A stretch of 64,000 bases of DNA from Bispira polyomma (taxonomy: Eukaryota). The notes beneath the pieces were generated by a model. The model made no database searches, was not told the DNA's origin, and saw nothing but the letters and a program-made list of their open reading frames with translations. Positions within the stretch are counted from its first letter, which is position 1, and each line of letters starts with the position of its first letter. The position numbers and the translations under genes were made by a program. Where the stretch lies: NCBI GenBank assembly GCA_965649765.1, contig OZ287754.1, positions 23,746,001 through 23,810,000 of the forward strand. Reading direction: 5' to 3'. Shown piece by piece: positions 1-13,800 of this stretch.

Positions 1-503
1 TACGAAAAATGAAATAAAAATAATATAAGGAAATAGTAAAAAGTGCTGTCCTAAACCTTCGAAAAAAAACAACATAATCTTCGATATAAACATCTCGATA
101 AAAAGTACCAATATAGAGTACCACAGTAGACTCCTAAAACAACCACCACTTGCTATCAGCAATGAACCAAACTCATTTTATTGGTTGTATTTATGTCTAT
201 GTTTTAAAGTGTAGTGAAAGCAGACATGTATAATATAAGGCCCTGTGAAATATCATTTACAGTAATATATATGTAATATATTATGCAAGCTCTGGTGTGC
301 TCTGGAAAAATAAAAATGTCAAGCATGCCTGTTATTGTGCATCTCACTAAATCATATGAAATTAGATTAGTTCATTTATTTGAATTGTACTTTACACAAA
401 ACTGAATGACTTGATAGCATTTGTATGAAGCTGATGTATTAAGAGAAATAAATGTTTACACTGGGTTGTGCTTTAAATACATTTATTGAAACTCCTATTT
501 CAG

Positions 504-3235
504 GTCTTATGTCAAGACTTCTTTGCAAAACCTACTTGTCAAATCATCAACCACTGTGTAAATATTCTAACCAAATTAGAATGATCAGTGTGGTTGAACT
601 AGTTCTACAGGATTCTATGTTCTACGTCAACAACTGTACATCCAATTCAATGGAATACCTGGAAACTCTGAATACTTTAGATATATTAGCAATATGCCAA
701 AGACCGGATTTAATGTTTGGCAAATTTACATTTGATTTTGACAAAATCTACATCAATAGATCTTCAATAAGATGGGAAATAACCAGCAAAAATGATGATC
801 AAATAGGTCTAAAGTCTTCACAAGAAAATTTCAATGATTTTCCACGTATCTTCCACATGACATATGTATGCAAGACAGATTCGAAGTTTGAAGTGATTCC
901 AATGAAAAGTGATGCAACTGTACAAACGTCGGACATGGTGTATATTGAAAGCCATACTGGATTGTTTCAAAATTGGAGCACAGGTGTTTATGATGAACCA
1001 AGAAATAACATAAGTGTTAAATCGTTCATGCATTATTACAACTACAGCGGCTAGTAGGTTTTATATTGGGGGACCAGGAACATTGTTTGAAACAGCACCT
1101 CCTGATAAAAATTCCAAAATTGTAATAAAACCCAGTAAAGGCGATACTGAGTATCATATATATCCTGGTGTAATCAGAAACTTACAAAGGATTTACATCA
1201 ATACTGGTACAGATGAAGAAAGCTTCAGTGTGCAGTACACAAATGATGCCAATTATGTTGATGTAGCAGTACATTTTATATTACCAGTCAGTGGTAAGTA
1301 CATTGCAATATGGTGCATCATTTTAAAATAAGCTAAATTAATGCTACACATTATTTAAATATGAATATTAAGTATAACAATTAGTGATATACAGTGAAAT
1401 TTATTTATATTGTCCAGAACAATATCATAGACACTTGTTGTTACACACAGGGAGTTGAACAATGGGTGAACCTTGTTATTCTCTAATATTAGTTGTAGAA
1501 CAAAAGGTAGGTACATTACAAGTAAAGTGTGGTGAAGCACAACCAACAAAGAGTACAACAAAGTCATCCTCGAGTTCTCCACATGCTTCAACTTCAACAC
1601 AAACAGTAGAGACAACCACAGAAACATTCACAACTTCAGTAACCAGAACTGCCAAGTTACAGTCCAATACATTATGCATGGGCTCAACTACATCTGCATC
1701 AACTATAGCAACAGAGTCAACTATTCTATCATCAACTTCTACACCAATGACAGGAATCTCTTTATCTTCTACAAAAGAATCTAATTCTGATAATCAGCAA
1801 CAAGTTACTACTTCTGGTATGTGTTTGGTGGAAGTATTTTTACATATTGAAAATTTAGTCTCTCTTGGACTGTCGGTTGAGGAATTGGTTTGGTGATTGG
1901 AAGGTCTCTAATTCGACTCCTGTCAATGATGGGATACATCCTTGAGCAAAATATGTGGTAGGACTATCACTTTCAGAGGATGAGCTCCTAAGAAAATGAT
2001 ATATCAATGGGCCCTATGATAATGTTAAAAAAAATAATAATAATAAAAAGGGGTAATATATTGATAACACATTGAAAACAATCTTCAATGAATTATTTCT
2101 AGTAAAATAAGGGACAGCTCTGAACTTGGTGAACCTTACATGTGACATCACCATTGAACTATATTTTGGTACATTTAGGAAAAAACACTGATAATATCAT
2201 TATACCAAATATATTACAAGGTCCAAAGTCTGTAAATAATGATATAGAAATTTTACAATGGAGCTTCATAGTATTATACGTCAAAAGTGTTTTGGGCTTT
2301 TCACAAAGCCAAAAAGTAGGTAGCTTCTGTGGAGCTAAACATGTTGTCCTAATAGCTTTCAATCTGTATCAGGTACAACAACAGCTATTGCAGCGAGTGT
2401 AGTTGTGACCATCATTGCCATTACTGTTACAGCGGTACTGTATTTCATTAGGCGGTAAGTACAAATATCCATACTTTGCTTATTATGAATATTCCACTCC
2501 TTATCCACAAAAATTATGTTATTGTTTAAACATAAAACAACAGAACTTCACTTAGCATATTAAAATAATTGTAATATAATATAAACTAATGCATATATAT
2601 ACAGCTTTTCTTAGCTTAATATGGAACTCCGATGCGATTCCTAAATGTCCGCGAAAGTGAAATATTGTTCACAAATGATTTCATTTATACAGGAAGAGAA
2701 AAGCAGCCAGGCAGTAAGAGACATATACTCCAAGTCATCCCTCTTTAGAACATAATTATGAAAATATGCCTCACCTTAACATGTCAAAGCAAACAGATCG
2801 CACAATAGAAGCCAGCAACAATGGTGTAATAAGTGTTAAATCTGAAGAAACAGGAATTTATGATACAGCAGAACCAACCGAAGAAAGTGGACATGGTACA
2901 AATAAACAAATGGAGGGTGATGTTACAAGGCAAGATAAAACCATGATCAAACAAGAATATATTAATACAATAGCAGCTAAACAAGCTAAACCGGAAGGCA
3001 GTTTCAATGTTCAAAATACATCCGGAATATACCTGAATGTTGATCAGTCATTGAGTCCAAAAAACAATGAATACGCTGCTTTCTTCGAATTCAAGTGAAA
3101 ATGAATACGCTGCATTACAGGTCGCACAAACCACAGGGAATGCCACCTCGCTGGTGGGAATGTCCAAGAAAACAACATATACGAGAATGGAAGTATGGTA
3201 CCGCATGTGGAAGTTTTACACGGACAATGAATAAA
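504..3235 (+). pseudogene. Disabled type I transmembrane receptor gene (unknown ectodomain, Ser/Thr stalk, TM, Tyr-motif tail); exons ~504-1293, 1418 (or 1499)-1816, 2373-2454, 2693-~3235
   Basis: Phase-compatible GT-AG junctions: tttcag|504, 1293|gtaagt, tgtccag|1418, 1816|gtatgt, tatcag|2373, 2454|gtaagt, atacag|2693. TM exon reads GTTTAIAASVVVTIIAITVTAVLYFIRR. Lesions: frameshift near 1050 (ORF 452-1054 hands over to 1014-1331), TGA 1456-1458 (only if the 1418 acceptor is used), TAA 2715-2717, frameshift near 3081. AATAAA at ~3230. Confidence 0.75.
2373..2454 (+). other. Transmembrane-helix exon of the + strand receptor pseudogene
   Basis: Hydrophobic stretch of ~22 aa followed by RR|KRK stop-transfer; canonical ag/gt boundaries, phase 1 to phase 2. 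Confidence 0.75.
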
Positions 3236-5678
3236 AAATCTGGCCTATATTAAAATTGTGATTTTATTATTTAATGTAACAGATATATGTAATATAGGCA
3301 TTTTAATAATCGCTGTTTGTTTAGAGATTCATTATAAACTTCACTTGTACAGTATTTTGGAATAATAAAAAAAATTTATATTAGTGCCTATGAACAGTGT
3401 AATGGTATGAATTCACTTGAGGAGTTCTTGATAGTTTTGCTATATCTGAAGTAATAACATGTGCACTGTTCTAAACTTTAGTTGCAGTCCACCATCTAAT
3501 AAATAATTCAATGATTAATTAAATTTCCTCGTCAAAGAGCGGAGAAATTTTTAACGAACTATACTAGCATTAAACCTTGTGCACATGGTCGGACTTAAAG
3601 TGCTTATGATCCTTTGTACGTTTAAGATTTGTGGATTGGAGATAAAGCCATATCGTAACAAAATTAGTGTAATACCCTGGGTGGCTATAGTTCAGCAGAC
3701 ATAAATAGATGAATATTGTCATAAAAATATGTTGGTTGACCAAATTGTAATGTTTTGTGGAGACGAGATAATGTCTACATAATTTAGTAAGCGTCAGAGT
3801 AGAAGGTGTAAGGTTTTAATTGTAGAGTTGTATTTGAAAAAACCTGAGAGATTAATTGAGCAATAAGTATTATGAAAGTAAAACAATGTTTTGACAAAGG
3901 TATTTCATGTAGTGGCTTGATTTACATATATCAGATAAATGCGCTGAAAAAGACCGACAAGCCAGAACTGCAGCAGTCGGCAGATCTAAAATACAGTGTA
4001 TTTCGATGAAGGCTCTCCATGTGGTACCAGCCTGGTGTACATATATGAGAGACATACACTATGTACAGTTATTTATATTAAACATCATGATACAAGTAAA
4101 TAACAATAGATATGAACACATCGAATTGGAATGAATCACACAAGACATTTTAATGCATTTCATAACGCTTTGTGTCCCCATCTAAGGATTACAAAACTAA
4201 CTCTCGTACACTAAAGTATAAAAAGTAAAGTTAAAAAACATGGAGATGAAGAGTGAATTCATAATAAAATTATATCAACTTTGTCGGAATACGCAACCCC
4301 TTAAACATACACCGTAGTTAATATGGTACAACAATGCACCCATGTAAGTCACTGGGCTTTTTCTTGTAATGCTGCATAGCTGTAGATTCACAGGTCCTCA
4401 TAAAGATTTTGTTTTTCAAAAGTTTTGTGTTAAAATAACTTTTTGTTACATTTAATAACCTACATGCAACACATCATAAGATTGTAATAGCTACAATACT
4501 GTAATATTGTAATACCTTGGCACTTCACATATTATTTAAACAATGGACCAAAGCGGCGTTTTATCATGCAACTAATTTTAATAAATTATGCATACTCTTA
4601 TACGGTATTTATGTGTCGGGTATAAACTAAATTAATGTTTTTGTGATGTGTAAAATGTACTGTATAGCATGTGAAGAGCTTAATGAAGTGTTATTGACCG
4701 GCTTCTGTTCCCTTTGGCTTATGAGGGTCAAGTATCTGATGGCCCAATGGTTTTTCATTGGCACAAATAGATGAAATGTTGAAACTCTGCAAGCTGTAAA
4801 AGTTTAATGTTTTCCTTTTTTGAATGGTGAAAATTTTTCCCAAATTTCAGTAGACAAGTTGTAGTAACTGAGAACAATACATAGGTGTTCAATTAATTGA
4901 GTTTTACATTTGCTTCATGTAAATGTGTACATCGTAAAGTGACCTCAGCTAAAGCTATAAAATGACCTGTGCTTGAGTGCTTGGCTGACGACTATACATA
5001 AACTAATATCAGAACTTGCAAGGACCTAGTGCTTTCATAATATGGCAGACATATGAAGGTTGTTTCAGTGAAAATTGATTGATCATTTCGTGTTAATACA
5101 GCTAAAAATAAGGAGTAATATCCATTTTAATTAATAGCATTTTTGGATTGACAGTTTTGGGAGAATCCCTTTTGTTTCCATGTACATAAACGTCATGATT
5201 TACCGAGTAACCATTAAATGCTCATATCTCTAGGAGTTCTAGATTTTCAGATTACATATTCGTGAAGAGATGAATACTACCTTTTCTTCGAAATTGATCA
5301 GAAAAACCGTTTTCGTTGTTTTGGGTGACCTATTTGTTTATACCTCTCTAAACAACCTTCATCCACACATCACGTATACATGAAAATAAAATCCCCAAAG
5401 AAGACGTTTATGTACTGTGCCCCTCTCTGGACCAAAATCGTTTGAAAATTCACCAATCTACATTACGACATATCTTTCCACCTATTGCAATATGTCAGGG
5501 CAATTAAGACTTATCTTCCGCCACGCCCGAGTTATCCTGTCATGTGCCAATGACAGAGCGTTTTATTCACCCCAATTGAAAAGATAACTCGGGGCAAACA
5601 AAGAATAGGTCGTTTGAGTGGCCAGAGTGAAAAAATAACTCTAGGGAACAAAAGATAAGTCTTTGGAGCCGCCCCAGT

Positions 5679-5899
5679 GAATTTGAATATTTAACGTCCA
5701 CTCTGTTACCGGTTTAGGATATATTGGGACGGGTAATTGGAAACACTGGAGGAAACACTGCATACAGTTGATCAAGATTCCTCACGGAAACCAGCGATCC
5801 ACAGTAAGGAACTATCACCTTTCCCACATAGGCATTGACGGGAGTCGAACCCACGCCAGCCGATCCCAAGATTTGCTAACCACTACGCCAGTGCGCCCC
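5679..5899 (-). mobile_element. tRNA-derived SINE, family A (diverged copy)
   Basis: Matches the ~250-bp element at 29326-29576, with substitutions and a deletion in the head. Confidence 0.8.
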
Positions 5900-6137
5900 A
5901 CCTCCCCCGGGTGAAAAATTAACTTGGGGGGAAACAAAAGATAGGTCAGGTGTCAAAAAGTAATTCTGAATCGGATTGGCCAACGAGTAAATACTGGGAC
6001 AGGACACAACTCTATGAAAGGTGGATGAGCCAGTATTCTTTATTCATTCAGTTACAGCATCTTATGAGAACACAAACTGCCGAAAAATATTGTAATTTTA
6101 TTTTTAGTGAAGAAAGGATTTTTTAGTTAAACTTATA

Positions 6138-6287
6138 ATGGCACCAACAAAGAGACCCAGAAAGAGGAGGATGAAGTCGGTAGATGATAAGCAGAGTCGG
6201 GAGTTCGACGTGGGGGAGGCAGCAGCAACAGCAGCAGATATGGCCAATCCAGACACACAGGAGGTGTCACAGGATGAAGAGACTTAG
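6138..6287 (+). other. Small 49-aa ORF, basic N-terminus and acidic C-terminus; coding status unknown
   Basis: ATAATGG start context; MAPTKRPRKRRMKSVDDKQSREFDVGEAAATAADMANPDTQEVSQDEET*; GC-richer than flanks. Confidence 0.25.
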
Positions 6288-6699
6288 GATATATACGTAG
6301 AAATCCGTGAATTGAAGAAATTAAAACAAACCGAACCATGTGTGACTATTAACATAATATTTTAATGTTCTAATTACAATGCTCCTATATTCATCGTTCT
6401 TTCATTTTTGAAACCAAAATTTTGAAGCAGACATGTGTGCGCAGGGCTCTCCTCCATCTCCTTTGAACCATATTCGTACCTTAGTCTCCGGATGGACAAA
6501 CTTATCTATTCTATTTTAAAATTTTATATTTATTGTCAGTGTAGTCTATGGTATGGTTTCTTGGTGAAGTTTCACAGAGCTACCATTTTCCTACATTGAT
6601 AAAACTTGGCAAGTTGGTCCTCCATCCAGTGTCCACCCAGACTAAGTCTAAATTTCAAAGTACCAGAAAATCTTCAAATTTCATAATTTTGTCTTGTCT

Positions 6700-7840
6700 A
6701 TGGTGTACTCCTAAATTTGAGTATGTATTTACCAAATTAACATGTGCTAAATGTGTACATAATTTACCAAATCATAACTTACTTCATCAAATATTAGAAC
6801 TAAAGGATGCCATTATTAATGATGCTGTAATGTACTAATGATGCTGCAACATTCTAATAGAGTACATTATTTACAAAATTAATGTGCTAAATGTGTACAT
6901 AATTAACAAAATAAGATGTTTCTATCAAGTATTATTACTTAAAGATAGTATATATACTACTTGCACAATTAATATCGAAATCTACTGCTTTGCAGGCGCA
7001 ATATCTTCCACGCAAAGGGAACTCTGCGCTAAAAACAATAAAATTATCCAAAATCATAGTCGAGGGACGCAACAGGTTGGTAATCCAGGATTGTGGGTGT
7101 GGTGGAGGGAAGTGCTAATATGTGTCAAATAATAACTGGCCATCAAATAATAGAACTAATGATTGCATTATTAATGATGCTATAACGTACTAATATAGTA
7201 CATCATTTACAAAATTAAATCTGTGCTAAATGTGTACATAATTAATCAAATAACGTGTTCTGTCTATTTTCATAACTACATTATTAAAGGTGCAATAATG
7301 TGCTCCTATATTTGAGTATGTTCCATTATTAACGAAGTTAATATGTGCAAAATGTGTACACCATAAACTAAATTACAACTAAATATGGCATTATTAATGA
7401 TGCTACAACGTACTAATACAGTAAATTAACAATATTAATATGTTCTGATGTGTACATAATTAACCAAATACTGCGTTGTATTTATTTTCAGAACTAAATT
7501 ATTGCATTATTTAAGATGCAATAATGTACTCGTATATTTGACTTTATGTACTAATACAGTACATTTTTTACAAAATTAAACTGTGCTAAATGTGAACATA
7601 ATGAACCAGACAATAAATGGCTCTGATCAAATATTACAACTAAATTATTGCATTATTAACAAAGCCATAATGTACTAATACAGTATATTATTTAGGAAAT
7701 TAAAACATGCCGTGAACAAAATCAAACCAATAGTAACTCGCTCTTATGAAATACAAGAACTAGAGGATTGTTTTATTAATGTAGCTAGAATGTACTAATA
7801 CAGTACATTATTTATAAAATCAATGTGTTAAATGCATACA
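6700..7840. repeat. Degenerate AT-rich tandem repeat (~100-110 bp units), with a further remnant at ~8345-8435
   Basis: Recurring gcattattaatgatgc...aatgtactaatacagtacat...tgtgctaaatgtgtacataatt. Confidence 0.75.
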
Positions 7841-10800
7841 TGTGTGAAAAATACTGGGTGAAACCCTACTGGATAACAAGCATCCATTGACTGATGAATT
7901 GGTCACTTACCCATTTCACTTAAGAGTAATTGTTATAGTGGGATATGTGTAGGAGGTGGGTCGCTCTAAATGATGAAAACAACTTGTCTCAGTAAAATGG
8001 CACCTCCCTGCAATTACCCTTAGTCATCTGCGATGTGGCCCCATGAACCACTCTTATCTTGTACAGAAGTGGATCTTCTAATTTTCTGACGTCTTCTATT
8101 ATCCAAACAAAATCTTTCCCTCTCCAAACAATGTTCTGATAATAGAGGTTCTCTAGTGTGCACATACAGATATACTGAAATCATCCGCAGAAGCACCCAC
8201 TAGGCGATATGTCGAAATCGAAGAGAAACCGGGGGGGTAGGCGATTACGTTAGCATGGACCGTTAAGATGAAGGACACCAGCAAAAAAGTACAATAAACT
8301 GTCACCAAAAAATACGTGGTTTGTTTTACGTTAAAAACACTGTATACAAAATATGGCATTACTTCTATTTTCAGAACTAAGGATTGCATTATTAATGATG
8401 CTATATTGGATTAATTTATGAAATTAATGTGCAGTAGTGTCTATAGTGTTATGTACTGTCATTTCTATTTGTCGATAGTGTTGCTTTATTTCTAAGCCTC
8501 TACTGCTTTACCCTCTAGTGTAGTTGAAACACTCTGTAGTCGTGGGTTAAAACTTGGCCCTGGTGTGGAGGTGGGAAAATTGGCAGTAGACTTGCCGAAG
8601 AACAGTGGTTTGCAGGGCAAAAACCTTGATCCAAATCAACTTGTTTTCACTTTCTAAATTGTCTTTACTGTGGTATTATACAGAAAAGCTTCTTTTGTTT
8701 CATCAACATTCCTTTATTCAAAAGGCATTGAGCTCTCCCAACATGGCCTGACCATAGAGGTTTTGTTTTTGCTTTACCATTAACTGTATTTATTACACTA
8801 ACCTACAGACTCAACTACCACAGATTTACCGGTACCTGTATTTATTACACCAATCTACACACTCAACTACCACGGATTTACCGGAAACTGTATTATTACA
8901 CCAATCTACACACTCAACTACAACTGTTTTACCCATAACCGATTGATTTCTCTAATCCACACACTCAACCACCACTGCTTTACCATTAACTGTATATATT
9001 ACACTAAGCTACACACTCAACTAATGTTGATTTACCGGTAACTGTATTTATTACACCAATCTACACACACAACTACCACTACTTTAACTGTAACTGAATA
9101 TAATACACTAATCTACACACTCAACTACAACTGTTATACCCTTATATTACACTAATCTACACACTCAACCACCACTGCTTTACTCTTAACTGTATTTATT
9201 ATACTAATCGACACTTAACTACCACTGCTTTACCCTCAACTGTATTTATTGCACTAATTCATACACTCAACTAGCACTGCTTTACCTGTAACTGTATTTA
9301 TTACACTAATCTGCACATTCAACTACCACTGGTTTACACTTAAGTATGTAAATTGGTGTAATAAACACAATTAACTACCACTTCCTTTCTTGTATTTTTT
9401 ACAACTATTTATAACCTTAAAATACACACTCCAATAACTACAATAATCATATATAATGTACTAATATACTATTTAAATACTTTCAATATGCACTCCTATA
9501 ATTATTTTTACCATACATAATGTACTAATATAGTACTTTATAAGCAGTTCCAATATGTACTCTCATTCTCTGATTATGTATCTTTAACTGTATTAAATAC
9601 AATAATCTACACATTCAACTACCACTGCTTTACCCTTAACTGTATTTTTTACACTACCCTTAACTGTATTTTTTACACTAATGTACAAACTCCACTACCA
9701 CTGATTTACCTGTAACTGTATTGATTACACTAATCTATACACTCAACTACCACTGTTTTAATCTTAACATTGTTTATTACACTAATCTACATACTCAACT
9801 ACCACTGTTTTAATCTTAACATTGTTTATTACACTAATCTACACACTCAGCTACCACTGCTCGACCCATTACTATATTTATTATACTAAACTACACACTC
9901 AACTACCACTGCTCTGCGCATTACTGTATTTATTATACTAAACTACACACTCAACTACCACTGTTTTACCCTTAACTGTATTGATTACAATAATCTACAC
10001 ACTGAAATAACACTGCTTTACTATTAACCGTATTTATTACACCAATTTACACACTTAACAACCACTGATTTACTATTAATATTATTTATTACACCAATCT
10101 ACACACTCAACTACCACCAATTTACTATTAACATTATTTATTACACCAAACTACACACTCAACTACCACTGTTTTAACCTTAACTGTATTCAATACAGTA
10201 ATATACACATTCAACTACCACTGCTATACCCTTAACTGTATTTATTACACTAATATACACACTCAACCATTAATTGTATTGATTATACCAACCTACACAC
10301 CTAACAACCACTGTTTTAAACTTAAATGTATTTATTACACTAATATACTCATTCAACTAACACTACTTTAGCCTTGCCTGTATTTATTACACTAATCAAA
10401 AAACAACTACTCGACCCTTAACTGTATTTATTATACTAATCTACACACTCAACTACCACTGCTTCCCCCGTAACGGTATTGATTATACTAATCTACACAC
10501 TCAACTACCACTGCTTTAACCTAACTGTATTCAATACACTAATCTACACACTCAACTACTACTGCTTTACCCTGTATTGATTAAACTAACCTATTCCAAT
10601 ATCTAGTTGATACATTCCTATACTTATTTTTATCACACAATGTACTCCTACACAACTATTTCCAACCTTGAAATATACACTCCAATAACTACATTAATCA
10701 TATATAATGTACCAAAATATTATTTAAATCCTTTCAATAAACACTCCTATAATTATTTTTGTCACACATAATGTACTAATATAGTACTTTATGAACAGTT

Positions 10801-13800
10801 CCATTATATGTTTTCAATCTGTGGTTATGTATGCTTAACTGTATAATACTCTACATACTCAACTACCACTGCTTTACCCTTAACTGTATTGATTACACTA
10901 AACTACACACTCAACTACCACTGCTTAATACAGTTAAGGATACATAACCAGAGAATGAAAATACATATTGGAACTGTTCATAAAGTACTATATATAATAA
11001 TCATAGGAGTGCATATTGAAAGGATTTAAATAATATTAGTACATTACATATGATTGATGTAGTTATTGGGGTGTATATTTTAAGGCTGTAAATATTTGTG
11101 GAGGAGTACATTATGTATGATAAAAATAAGCATAGGAATGTATCAACTAGATATTTAAATAGTACTGTACCAGTACAATATTTAGCACATTTATTGCACT
11201 TATAGTTGAATGTGTAAATAGTGTCATGAATACAATTGATACTATTACACTAAACTACACAGTACCACACATAAGGTACTATTATAGTACTTTATGAACA
11301 GTTCGAATATGTATTTTTATTCTCTGGTTTTGTATGCTTAACTGTATTAAATATAATACTCTACACACTCAACTACCACTGCTTTAGCCTTAACTGTATT
11401 CATTACACCAACCGATTTAAATATCTAGTTGATACATTCCTATACTTATCTTTTAATACACATAATGTACTCCTCCACAAGTAAATACACATAATGTACT
11501 CCTCCACAAGTATTTACAACTTTGAAATATATACTCCAATAACTTCATTAATCATATATAATGTACTAATATAATATTTAAATCCTTTCAATATGCACTC
11601 CTGTAATTATTTTTACCATACATAATGTACTAATATCGTACTTTATAAACAGTTCCAATATGTACTCTCATTCTCTGGTTATGTATCCTTAACTGTATTA
11701 AGCAGTGGTAGTTGAATGCGTGATTTAGTGTAATCATATATTATATTACACTAATATACACACTCAACTACCACTAATAGTGTTATAAATACGATTGATA
11801 CTATTACACTAAACTACACAGTTAACTACCACTGTTTTACCCTAAACTGTATTGATTACAATAATATACACACTAAACTACCACTGCTTCACCTATAACT
11901 GTATTTACTGCACTAATCTACACATTTAAGTACCACTGCTTTACCCTTAACTGTATTTATTACACTAATCGACACCCTCAACTACCACTGATTTACCTGT
12001 AAGTGTATTGAATACACTAATCTACACACTCAATTACAACTGCTTTACCCTTAACTGTATTGATTATACACAGTTAACTACCACTGTTTTAACATTAACT
12101 GTATTGATCATACTAATCTACAAATACAACTACTCGACCCTTAACTGTATTTATTACACTAATCTACACACACGACTACCTCTGCTTCGCCCGCAACGGT
12201 ATTGATTTTACTAATTTACACACTCAATCAGCACTGCTTTAACCTAACTGTATTTATTACACTATTCTACACAATCAACTACCCCTGCTTTACCCTTTAC
12301 TGTATTGATTACACTAAACCACACACTCAACTATCACTGCTTCACCCTTAACTGTATTTATAACACTAATTTAAACACACTCACCTATAACTGTTATAAA
12401 TGTGCTAAATAATGTACTAGTACAGTACTATTTAAATATCTAGCTGATACATTCCTATACTTATTTCTATTATACAAAATGTACTCCTCCACAACTATTC
12501 ACTACCTTGAAATATAATATGATTACACTAAATCACACACTCAACTACTACTGCTTTACCCTCAACTGTATTGATTACACCAACCGATTTGAATATCTAG
12601 TTGATACATTCCTATACTTATCTTTTATTACACATAATGTACTCCTCCACAACTATTTACAACCTTGAAATATACACTCCAATAACTACATTAATCATAT
12701 ATAATGTACTAATATAATATTTAAATCCTTTCAATATGCACTCCTGTAATTATTTTTACCATACATAATGTACTAATATAGTACTTTATAAACAGTTCTA
12801 ATATGTACTCTCATTCTCTGGTTATGTACCCTTAACTGTATTTAATACACTAATCTACACATTTAACTACCACTGCTTTACCCTTAACTGTATTGGTTAC
12901 ACTAAACTACAAACTCAACTACCACTGTTTTATCCTTAACTGTATTTATTACACTAATATACACAGTCAACTACCACTGCTTTAACCTTCATTGTATTAA
13001 ATACACTAAAATACACATTTAAGCACCACTGCATTTACCCTTAACTGTATTGATTAAACTAATCTACACACACAACTAACACTAATTTAGCCTTAAATAT
13101 ATTGATTATACCAAACAACACACTCAACTGCCACTGATTCACCTGTAAGTGTATTGAAAACACTAATCTACACAATCAACTACCACTGCTTTACCCTTAA
13201 CTATATTGATTACACTAAACTACACCCTCAACTACCACTGCTTTACCCTTAAATGTATTTATTACACTAATCGACACCCTCAACTACCACTGATTTACCT
13301 GTAAGTGTATTGAATACACTAATCTACACACTCAATTACAACTGCTTTACCCTTAACTGTATTTAACACACTAAACTACACACTAAACTACACACTCAAC
13401 TACCACTGTTTTACCCTTAACTGTATTTATTATACTAAACTACACACTCAACTACCACTGCTTTACCCTAAACTGTATTGATTACAATAATATACACACT
13501 CAAATACCACTGCTTTACCCTAAACTGTATTTATTACACTAATTTACACACTCAACTACCACTGCTTTACCCTCAACTATATTCATTACACCAATCTACA
13601 CACTTAACTACCACTGCTTTACCCTTAACTATATTGATTACACTAAACTACACACTCAACTACCACTGCTTTACCCTTAACTATATTGATTACACTAAAC
13701 TACACACTCAACTACACACTCAACTACCACTGCTTTACCCTTAACTGTATTTATTACACTAATCGACACCCTCAACTACCACTGATTCACCAGTAAGTGT

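Noticed and set aside
452-503. ATG 452 as start of a 200-aa single-exon gene
   Set aside because: No signal peptide, and an acceptor tttcag at 503 indicates an internal exon; the candidate leader near 162-210 could not be put in a convincing frame.
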